Assembly: GCA_947311515.1 (NCBI GenBank)
Contig: CAMZLB010000031.1
Location: 922-64,921 of the forward strand
DNA from: Candidatus Moraniibacteriota bacterium
Lineage (GTDB): Bacteria > Patescibacteriota > Minisyncoccia > Moranbacterales > GCA-2747515
Length of the DNA: 64,000 nucleotides
Reading direction: 5' to 3'
Position 1 is the stretch's first letter. Each line of letters begins with the position of its first letter. Below the pieces are notes generated by a model. It was not told the DNA's origin, searched no databases, and saw nothing but the letters and a program-made list of their open reading frames with translations. This document shows, one piece after another, positions 40,803 through 50,600 of the stretch. The position numbers and the translations under genes were made by a program.

Positions 40803-42101
40803 TTAATAACTAATAATCTCATCAAAAGTTTTCTTATTCAACATTGTCATCTTCGTATAATTATATAATCGCTGCGTATCTATATTACTTTCCATATCTT
40901 CCATGCCTTTATACTTTGCTAAAACTTTATTCATTTCAGTCTCTATTTCTTCAGTTTTGACTTCTATTTTCAATTCTTCACCAAGCTTTGTTATAATAAG
41001 TGAACCTACTATCCTATTTGTAGCTTGAGGAGTCCAATCTTTTTGCAAATCATTTCTATTTTTTCCTATTTTTTCCAAATGATCATCTAAAGCTACACCA
41101 CTCATCTGAAGTTGTTGTTCCATTTCGCTAACCATAACATCCAATTCCTCTTGAATCATATTTTTTGGTACTTTTACATCCATTTTTTCTATAAGTGTTT
41201 CCAATATAGAAGTTCGTTTTTTTTCTATTAATTGATCTTCTCTTTCTTTTTGCATCCCCTCTCTCATATTTTTCTTAAGGTCATTCAATCCTTTTATATC
41301 CTTTCCTAAAGTTTTTGCAAAATCATCATCTACCTTTGGTATTATTCTTTCTTCAACAACTATCAATTTAACTTCAAATGTCGCCTTTGATCCAGCTAAA
41401 TGTTTTGCATGATAATCCTTAGGAAATTCTAGTTCAAATACTTTCTCATCATCTTTTTGCATCCCTATAACTTTATCTTCAAAGCCAGGTATAAATGTTC
41501 CACTACCTAAGACTATAGTGTGTTTTTTGCTCGTTCCACCTTCAATTACAACACCCTCTTTCTTCACAGTAAAATCAATTTTTACAGCATCTCCTTTTCT
41601 TGCTTTTCTATCAACTTCTTTCAATTCTACCCTGGACTCTGCAAGTTTTTTGAGCTCATTGTCTACATCAGAATCTTTAATTTCTGTATTTTCTTTTGCA
41701 TTTTCTTTATTGATTTCTTTTATTATTTTTTTCCAATCTTTTGGCAAGTTAATTTCAGGAATAAGTGAAATTGTCATATCAACTTCCACCTCATTTCCTT
41801 CTGCAATTTTTTTAACTTGCACTTCTGGCGATCCTGCAAATTTATAATTTCCTTCCTTTGCAATCTCATTATACTTTTTAGTAAGTTCAATATTTACTAT
41901 CTCAGCAAGTATCTGAGGTTTATCCACCTGAGAGCTAGCAACATCAACAGGAACATGACCTTTTCTAAAGCCCTTCACTGATACATTTTTTGATGCTTTT
42001 TTTACAGACTCATTAAAGTCGTTTTCTAAATCACTCCATGGAATTTTAAAATTAACCAAAATTTCCGTTTCTTTTTCTTCTATTTCATGCGACATATTCA
42101 A
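40803..42101 (-). CDS. tig: Trigger factor
   Basis: GFRKGHVPVDV signature. PPIase-like middle domain. 432 aa. Sits immediately upstream of clpP. Confidence 0.9.
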   Translation of the reverse strand: MNMSHEIEEKETEILVNFKIPWSDLENDFNESVKKASKNVSVKGFRKGHVPVDVASSQVDKPQILAEIVNIELTKKYNEIAKEGNYKFAGSPEVQVKKIAEGNEVEVDMTISLIPEINLPKDWKKIIKEINKENAKENTEIKDSDVDNELKKLAESRVELKEVDRKARKGDAVKIDFTVKKEGVVIEGGTSKKHTIVLGSGTFIPGFEDKVIGMQKDDEKVFELEFPKDYHAKHLAGSKATFEVKLIVVEERIIPKVDDDFAKTLGKDIKGLNDLKKNMREGMQKEREDQLIEKKRTSILETLIEKMDVKVPKNMIQEELDVMVSEMEQQLQMSGVALDDHLEKIGKNRNDLQKDWTPQATNRIVGSLIITKLGEELKIEVKTEEIETEMNKVLAKYKGMEDMESNIDTQRLYNYTKMTMLNKKTFDEIISY

Positions 42102-42118
42102 TAAATTTTTAAAAATAA

Positions 42119-42664
42119 TTACTTAGTTTTTCCAAACTTTTCTTCGTATAATACAATAGACTTTTCAACTGCTAAAATTGCATCCTCTTTTCCTTTGTAT
42201 CCTTTAATTACAACCTCACCCTTTTCTCCTTTTTTAAGTTCTTTGTATGTCTCAAAAAAGTGAACATACTCCTTAAGCGAATGTTTATTCAAATCAACTA
42301 AATCATGTACATCATCCCATCTTTTATCGTCTACTGGAACTCCTATGACTTTATAATCTGATTCTCCACCATCAATCATTTCCATAATTGCAATAGGCCT
42401 CACCCTGACAAGTATCCCAACATTTAAAGGAAATGTAGCAAGAACAATAACATCTAAAGCATCTCCATCCTCCCATAAAGTCTGTGGCACATAGCCATAA
42501 TCAAAGGGATATGGATGAGAAGAATAATTTGCTCTATCAAGTGCAATTAAACCAGTGTCTTTATCGATTTCATATTTATTTGGAGAATTCTTTGGAATTT
42601 CTATTATTACATTTATTTCTTTTGGTATATTTTTTCCTCTTGATACATCATGCCATAAATTCAT
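42119..42664 (-). CDS. ppa: Inorganic pyrophosphatase (family I)
   Basis: EIPKNSPNKYEIDKDTG, DGDALDVIV. Confidence 0.9.
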   Translation of the reverse strand: MNLWHDVSRGKNIPKEINVIIEIPKNSPNKYEIDKDTGLIALDRANYSSHPYPFDYGYVPQTLWEDGDALDVIVLATFPLNVGILVRVRPIAIMEMIDGGESDYKVIGVPVDDKRWDDVHDLVDLNKHSLKEYVHFFETYKELKKGEKGEVVIKGYKGKEDAILAVEKSIVLYEEKFGKTK

Positions 42665-42711
42665 ATTTTTATTATTAACTATTATTTTATAAAATCAAAT
42701 CTACACAACGC

Positions 42712-43923
42712 CTATTCACTAACTGGTGACTTAATTCTACTATCTTCTCCACTCTCATTTTCCACATCTAAATCCCATCCAGTTAATTTTACAGCAAGTC
42801 TGACATTTTGACCCCGTTTTCCAATTGCAAGTGACAACTGATCATCTGGTACAATAACCTTAGCTCTCTTCATGTCTCTATCTAGTTCAACTGAGATTAC
42901 TTGCGCAGGAGATAATGCCGATGTTATAAATTCTTCCATGTTTGCATTCCATTCTATAATATCAATTTTTTCTCCACCAAGAGACTCTATAACAGCATTT
43001 ACTCTCACACCTTTTTGTCCAACGCATGAACCCACTGGATCTATGTCTTCGTCTTCTGTATAAACTGCTATTTTACTTCTTGAACCAGCCTCCCTAGAAA
43101 CTGCCTTAATTTCAACTGTTCCTGCAAATATTTCAGGAACCTCCATTTCAAATAAGCTCCTAACCATTTCTGCATGAGTTCTTGAAAGTTTAACTCCTGG
43201 TCCTCTTGAATCTATCTCTACAGCCTCTATATAAACTTTAATATATTGTCCTACATCATATCTTTCGCCTCGCACCTGGTCTCTAGGAAGTAATACCCCT
43301 ATAGATTTTCCAAGATCTATAAATACTGTTTTACCTTCTATTCTGTGAACTTTTCCATTTACAATTTGCCCCTCTTTCTCTTTGTTCTCATTATAAAGAA
43401 TTTCTCTTTCTGATTCACGAACTCTTTGAATTATAACTTGTTTTGCAGTTTGAGCTGCTACACGCCCAAAATCTGTATATGTTGGCAATGGTTCTTCTAT
43501 GCTATCACCTAATTCTATATTTTCGTCGCTCTTAAGTGCCTCACTTAATAAAATATCTCTTTCCTCATTAAATCTAGGCAGTTTAATTTCTTCTTTTTCC
43601 GAGTCTTCTGCTTCATTCTCATTTAAAAATTTTGAATCTTCACCTTCGATCTTATTCTCTTTATTATCCTCATCTGCTTCTGAATCAATAAATTCACGAG
43701 TTGTCTCATCTACCACTTCTTTTACAAGCCAAAATTTCATATCCCCATTAACACCAGTAAGTTCTGCACGTATATTTTGACCACGTTCCCCATATTCCTT
43801 TTTGTATGCTGCTGCAAGAGCTGCCTCCACAGTAAGAAGAAGACTTTCCTTATCAATACCCTTTTCTTCTGCAAGCGCATTTATTGCTCCAGTGAAATCT
43901 CCAAAAGAATTTTGTTCTTTCAT
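42712..43923 (-). CDS. nusA: Transcription termination/antitermination factor NusA (with acidic insertion)
   Basis: N-terminal NusA domain, S1, two KH (GQKGVRVNAVIESLGG, GKRGQNVRLAVKLTGW). About 70-aa D/E-rich insert at residues about 70-140. Confidence 0.9.
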   Translation of the reverse strand: MKEQNSFGDFTGAINALAEEKGIDKESLLLTVEAALAAAYKKEYGERGQNIRAELTGVNGDMKFWLVKEVVDETTREFIDSEADEDNKENKIEGEDSKFLNENEAEDSEKEEIKLPRFNEERDILLSEALKSDENIELGDSIEEPLPTYTDFGRVAAQTAKQVIIQRVRESEREILYNENKEKEGQIVNGKVHRIEGKTVFIDLGKSIGVLLPRDQVRGERYDVGQYIKVYIEAVEIDSRGPGVKLSRTHAEMVRSLFEMEVPEIFAGTVEIKAVSREAGSRSKIAVYTEDEDIDPVGSCVGQKGVRVNAVIESLGGEKIDIIEWNANMEEFITSALSPAQVISVELDRDMKRAKVIVPDDQLSLAIGKRGQNVRLAVKLTGWDLDVENESGEDSRIKSPVSE

Positions 43924-44294
43924 ATTTTTTTTAAAATCTAATTAATTTCTATAATATTTTATACTACTTATCTCTTAATGTGTTTCAAGAAAAATCAATA
44001 TAGGGTAAAAAAAATGAGAGTTCTTTCGAATCCCTCCTACCCTTATTATTATTATAACAAAAATCTATACTATGTCAATAAAATACAAAAGAATATCTAA
44101 TAATATAGATAGCCATAATAATTTAGAGTCTGGGAACTTTAGACACAAATTTGCATGTAGTCTTATATTGATTCTTGATTCATTTACATCTATTAACGCT
44201 GTTATTATTACTTTATTTTAATCTAATAAAAAATCCAGTTATTGCAAGTGTAATTCCTGTAATTATAAATACATTGTTTTAGTTTTTATAATTT

Positions 44295-45227
44295 TTATAT
44301 TTTTATTTCTTCAATTTCATAATTATCAAACTCTATATCCATAAAATCCGTCCTAATTCCAGCATGACCTTTATTCAAAATCGCCTCCCCTCCATAACTT
44401 TTTCCATCATCTATTGCTTCTAAAACTAATTCCCAATTTTTGTTATTTTCTTTATCAACAAATACTTTAATTTCAACTTGATTATTATTAATTGTTTTGA
44501 CTTCACTTCGAACACCGACCCATTTATTAACAGGTAATAAATTTGGATTTTTGTCCCTATTGTATTCTCCATCAAAAATTTTCTTTTCCGCAAGTGTGTA
44601 ATACTTTGTTTTATATTTCTTTTTTATTATCACTTTTCCATCAACTCTAATACCTGTGTAATACAAATTAAATCCATTTTGATAACGATTAAAAAGTAAC
44701 AAACCATTTGACTCTCTCCTATGCTTATCTTTACTCAAATTATATTTTTTAATTCTATAATATACTTCCTGACTAAAATTTTTCCACCTTGACTTTGTAA
44801 CTAATCGAAAAATATTTTGTGGATAATAACCACCATCTGTTTCATTTGGAATATCATTTTTTCCTTTAGAAAACCTTATCTGCCATTTTGAACCTTTTTC
44901 TAATGGTCCAAAAATTGTTCTACCAATACCATCTTCAGAATATAAAAAGGCTCCTGAATTAACCCACCAATCAGCATTTTCACTTTTTTCTATTTTACCA
45001 GTTTCTTCTAAAATAAAGTTTTTTGAAAAATTTTCGAAAAAAATATCATTTTTTATTACTAATTCTGTAATGTCAATTTTATTATCATTAGTACTATTTC
45101 TAACTAAACTAATATTTTCTTGCATGATTAAATTCTCCTTATTATTAAAATTAAAAAAAATAAATACTAAAGATAATACTATAAAAATTATAAGATATTT
45201 AATCATTTTATTCTTTTTTTTAAACAT
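44295..45227 (-). CDS. Secreted protein, possibly LamG/DUF1080 (3-keto-disaccharide hydrolase)-like
   Basis: Signal/TM anchor. C-terminal GHAGIRTDFMDIEFDNYEI resembles DUF1080 terminal motif. Weak. Confidence 0.3.
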   Translation of the reverse strand: MFKKKNKMIKYLIIFIVLSLVFIFFNFNNKENLIMQENISLVRNSTNDNKIDITELVIKNDIFFENFSKNFILEETGKIEKSENADWWVNSGAFLYSEDGIGRTIFGPLEKGSKWQIRFSKGKNDIPNETDGGYYPQNIFRLVTKSRWKNFSQEVYYRIKKYNLSKDKHRRESNGLLLFNRYQNGFNLYYTGIRVDGKVIIKKKYKTKYYTLAEKKIFDGEYNRDKNPNLLPVNKWVGVRSEVKTINNNQVEIKVFVDKENNKNWELVLEAIDDGKSYGGEAILNKGHAGIRTDFMDIEFDNYEIEEIKI

Positions 45228-45449
45228 TGACTTCTTTTATGATTATTTTGCTATTGTTCATTTCAAAACAAATTTCACCAATTTAATTAACTCATTTTTG
45301 CTAATTTTATTTGTCAGCATTTACCACGTTATTTACATTTCTTCCAAATAAAAAAATAATTGTTCTAAATAGTATTCCCATCTATTCCTTTATGTGACTT
45401 AACTGTATTATAGTAATTTACAAATCCTATCAATTCTTTTTTTATGATA

Positions 45450-46390
45450 TCTATTTTTAAATTCAGTTTTGTTATATCACATTTACATTAAAGTTTTAAT
45501 CATTCTTTCTGTCTTTCCATTAGTCCATGAATGTTTAATTTTATAAATCTTTGCTCAATATTATTACTTCTACATTTTAACATAAAAGCATATTTCTCAC
45601 TATTTTCTTTGTCTTTCGACATCTAGATTATCAAAATGAGTTAGTAAAAGTTCAAAGTTACACTGAAGTGTCCTAATTAATTTTTGTAATTTCTTGTATT
45701 GTTGATGTTCCTCAGTGTACTTCAATTTATCTAAACTTGAAATAGCTTCTTGTTTTATTTTAGAAAAAAAGAATTTTCTCAGTAAGGTTTTTAATTATTT
45801 TACTCTTAGTCCTTACAGAAGGAATTATTTGTCTAGCTCTAGAATATTTATGAAATACACATAACTGTACCTTTGGAAAAACTTATCTAAGACTTTTAGT
45901 GATCCCATATATCCATCACAGTGAAAATCTTTATGGTACTAGGTAAATCTCACTAAGAACTGATTTTATGAGATTTGAGTATAACTCAGAGCTTTCTTCG
46001 AGAAATACTTTTCAATTGATAATATCTAATGTTTTAATATCAAATAATATCAGAAAAACAATATCCTTATCTCTGTATTTTAACCAAGTTCCATCTAGGG
46101 CATAGTAACCTAACCTAATTGAATTTAGCCATTTAGTAATTTCAAATTGCTCAGGAATTCTTTCGATGTATTGTTCAAAATATTTTATTAAAACTTTTTT
46201 TAGTAAGACACTTTTATTAAACCAACTACTAAATATTTTATAAACACTATTTAAATAAAGCGATTGTAAATATATCCCTAATTTACCCTAAGAATAACCT
46301 AAAATCAATGTTTTGAAACTACTAATTGATTACCAGTGTCTAAAATTTAGACAACTAGCACGATCTCCTTGTTTGCCCCATACAAAATTA
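45450..46390 (-). mobile_element. Degraded IS256-family (mutator-type) transposase remnant, multiple frameshifts/stops
   Basis: Minus-strand fragments in different frames: YALDGTWLKYRDKD (first D region), FHCDGYMGSLKVL (second D), VFPKVQLCVFHKYSRA (compare the IS256-family motif Q-R-C-x-x-H-x-x-R-N). No ORF above 60 aa. Confidence 0.5.
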
Positions 46391-47277
46391 TTAATAAATT
46401 TTAATAAGCTTTGCTCGATAATATAGACGTTTTAATGAAGTATATTTTGGTGTGCAAGTATATAAAGTTAGTATTGGTTCATCAGTTTTTTTAAGAATTT
46501 CTTCAACTCCTTTATCATTTGGTTTAACCACTCCACTTTCAACAATTTCATACTCAAAAACATGCTGATCATAATGTACTTTTACTTTGTCACTTTTTTT
46601 AATTTGTCTAAATCAATAAAAGCTGTTCTAGCCGGATTATTTCCAAATTTCCAGCGATGTCCTGATATTACTAAATTTCCTTTTTCGCCCAGCATAGCCA
46701 TAGTTTTATGTCGGCCCAGACCTCTGTCCAAATCACTATCTTGAATTCCATTAACAATTGGAGCTTTTATTTTTACTTTCTCTGTATTCACTTCCAACCA
46801 AAATGTCCCCAAATCAGCTTCAGTAAACTCTTTTTTCTTTTCTTTTTTTTGATTATCACTTCCCTTATCATTTTTAACTTCCACTACTACCTCCTGGCTA
46901 TCAACATCTTTTCTCTCATCTACAGCAACATTTCTTTCTCCAAAAAACCACATCCAAAATAAAATATAGCCAACAACAAAAACTAGTAATATAATCCATT
47001 TTTTGTGTTTGAAAGTAATCACTTTAAGCCATTTTAAAATAGCCTTTAGACGACTAATAATCTTATCACTGAATTTATTTTTCTGCCAAATTTTCTTAAT
47101 TTTATCAATCCAAATTTTGCACCAAGGTTTAATTTTTTGTATCAACAAAACATATTTTTTCCGAGAAAAATTATAAATTTTAACCAATCTTTTTTTAATA
47201 CTAGTAATATTCTTACTTACAAATTTCCACACCATTTGTATATATTTTTTTACTATATTAAAAATTTTATTAGACAT
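46391..47277 (-). pseudogene. Sortase-family transpeptidase, split by frameshift at poly-A7 tract
   Basis: N-terminal TM. ...APIVNGIQDSDLDRGLGRH...GNLVISGHRWKF... ends at 46582. Downstream, shifted by -1: DKVKVHYDQHVFEYEIVESGVVKPND...ILTLYTCTPKY (TLxTC catalytic Cys) to stop at 46391. Adding one A to the A7 run at 46594-46600 fuses both parts. Confidence 0.65.
46594..46600 (-). repeat. Poly-A(7) homopolymer (T7 on plus) at the sortase frameshift site
   Basis: cacTTTTTTTaatttg on plus strand. Confidence 0.6.
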
Positions 47278-47635
47278 TGACTTTGGATACTTAGTTGATA
47301 TGGATAATACTAAAAACTAGAACATTCTTAAAAAATTAAGTTAAGCGTGGAAAGGTCCAATCTTTGCAAAGCCACACATACTTCGTAGTTTTAGTGAAAT
47401 AGGAACAGATAAATATTAAGACTAGAACTTTGCACGCGAATATAAGCATATAATCTAGCAAAGATTCGACCTCCACATTCACCAAATTCCTGTAAGGATT
47501 AGTTTCTACAAATGTCAAACTTTTCCTCATAAACAACCTATTTTTGCGTGCGAACTGTTGATACTTTTTTTTATTCTATCATAAAAATTTTCTAATTTAA
47601 ATAAATTTTATCATAGAACTATAGCTACACATATT

Positions 47636-50600
47636 CTAAAATATTTCAGAGCTTTTAACAATCTCCCAAATAGTTTTCCACCAATTCTCTCCAGTTTTAG
47701 CTAGTTTCTCTTCAGTATTGTTATAACCAAAGTCTGCTTTAGTATAATCCTGTCCTTCTCTTAAAGTCAATTTAATTTTATTGTTTAAATTACCACCTTT
47801 TTCATAGGTTTCTATAAAATGTCTCACATCATGTTTTTTTACAATAACTTTAAACTTACCTTTTGGAAGAATATCAAATTTATATTTACCATACTTATCG
47901 GTCTTTGTTTTCCAAATGTAATCATCATCAGTGCCAAATTTATTGTCTGGCCCAACCCAAATCAATTTAACATGAATATCTTCTAATCCTTTCTCATCTT
48001 TATCTTGTTTACCATCTCCGTCTTTGTCCAACCAAATGTAATTTCCGATGGAACTATCTCTCTCAGCTTTTTCTGTTCTATTCCATACTGTCTGATCTTC
48101 CCCGTTGATAGTATCATTATCCGTTACTACTGGTTCTTGTCCTCCAGTAATATCATCACTAAAATCTCCATCACCATTAGCATCCCAATGAGCACTAGCT
48201 TGATTTTCTACAGTTTTCATTTCAGCAGGAACAGTTGTCCTGTAAACCAAAACAACTTCATTTAAAGAATCATCTTCATTAGTCCCTCTTGGATCTGGAG
48301 CGATATCTCCTTCCCACCTCACCCTATTTTCCGCCACATCGTAGGTACAAACTGAAGTTACAGAAGCACCTCTTGCCTCACAAGTAAAACTATTTGCTAC
48401 GTAGGTCGTTCCAGCTGGAACATCATCGAGAATTTGTGTAGCAATAGCCGTCATATTTCCGTCGTTAATCCAAACCATTGTCCATTCTATTTCATTCTCT
48501 CCAGTTTCTCCAACAGTTTTTATAGCATGGGGTGGATCAAAAACATTAGCGTAAAGAGCATAAAATCCAGCATCTATAGATGTATTATTTTCTCCAGAAT
48601 GCAAATGTACAACATCCGTTGTTAATGTATTAATATTGATATCACTATCTTTTGTTGTGTCTCCACCTTGATTTTTATCAGTTGGATTATGATCTGCTGG
48701 TGGTGTAAATTGCACTTGATAATCGCCTGGCAAAAGATTTTCAAAAAGATAATCTCCATTTGAGCCAGTAGTTATAGTATAGGGTGTCCCAGGATTAGCT
48801 GGATCGTCAACTGGATTTCCTGCTCCATCCAATAATTCTACTAAAATACCTTCTAAGCCTGGTTCCCAATCTTGTTGAATACCATCCCTTTGATCATCTC
48901 GCCAAACTTTATCGCCAAGAGAAACCTGCTGCGATATACCTGCATCCAAAGAAGTTACTATGTCTCCAGAAGCCAATGTTACAACATCACTTCGCTTAGT
49001 CACAACATCTATATCAGAATCTATAGTGTCATCGCCTCCGACATTCTGTATTGAAACGCTATATCCATTTGGCAAATTTAATTCTATTTGATATTGCCCT
49101 GGCATTAAATGGATAAACTCATATTCACCATTGACTCCAGTGACTACCGTGTAAGGAGTGCCTGGATTATTTGGATTGTCCACTGGATTACCATCTCCGT
49201 CTAAAAGTTTTACTACTACTCCCTCTGCACCATTTTCTCCTGCATCCTGCAAACCATTAAGATTATCATCTAGCCAAATTTTATCTCCGATAGTAACTGT
49301 TTCATACATCCCCGTATCAATCGTATTATTATCCTCATTGACTTCCAAGCTAATAGTATCCGTCGTACCTACCTGTCCATTAATATTTGTTACATCTGAA
49401 TCAACAGCATCATCACCTCCTTGATTAGCTGGAGAATAAGAATGATTTGCTGAGGCAGTAAACCTTACACGATAATCTCCATGATTTAAACCTTCAAATA
49501 AATACCATCCATTAACATCTGTTGTTACTACATATGGTTGTCCATTTACTGGATTGTTCACAGGATTTCCTGCTCCATCTAATAATTCAACTTGCACTCC
49601 TTCCAATCCATTCTCGCCAGCATCCTGAATACCGTTAGCATTACTATCTGTCCATACTCTATTACCAATAGAACTGCCCACAATGCTAACCGCTTCTGAA
49701 TTAGACAATACGGGTAGAGTAACTCCTGTAGCCGAAGCACCTGCTGAATTAGAATAAATATCTCCGGACAAATTATTTTCTATTTTCATTTTCAATTGCA
49801 ATTGACACGTAGCGTCTGCCTCCATAGATGGACCTACTGCTCTCACAGCTGTTACATCACTTCGATTCATTCCAGATGGAGGATCAGTCATAGTTCCTTC
49901 TTGCCAAATTGTTTGTGCGCCACCAATAACGTTAGCTAGACCAACACTTGGCGCAATATTAATGTTAGTTGGCATCTCCGTTGTGTAATAGTATTTAACA
50001 CCCCCATTTACAGAAATATCACATAAAGCTGGTGATTCTGGATGGGCGACTAAAGACATAGAAGTAAATTCTTCAGTACCATGATAATTAGTTCCAGGAT
50101 TTCGTTCCACGGTAATATTATTAAAATGTATCGCCCCTGTATTTCCATCTCCTGTAAAAGGTAGAATATCAATCACATCTAAATCTGTTAAATCTCCTGG
50201 TTTTCCATTTCTAAAATCAACTAAATAATCAATGTCCTGACTAGCTACCGTACGTTCTCTTTGAGTAGCGCCCACTGTTGATTTAATAATATTTAAACTA
50301 GCTGGCACTGAGATATTTATTCCTACTTCTGATTGCGCTTGACTTACCACAGTAAAATCAGTTGAAACTTCTATAGTTGTAACATTATTAGCAATACCCA
50401 CCGGTGCTGAAGCTTTTACTTTTGCTTCATAAACAATATCTGAAAAATTACCGTTAGCACCTACTACCCCAAAATCCCATAACAAAACTGTATTTACGTT
50501 ATCATCACAGGTAAGTGAAACATCAACATCGTTACAAGTACCAATAACCGGCTCATTGGCTCCTGTTGTACTTCCATCAATATATTCAAATCCTTCCGGT

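Noticed and set aside
47336-47536. 66-aa minus ORF between sortase and adhesin
   Set aside because: No motif. Lies in a GC-odd spacer more consistent with a noncoding element.
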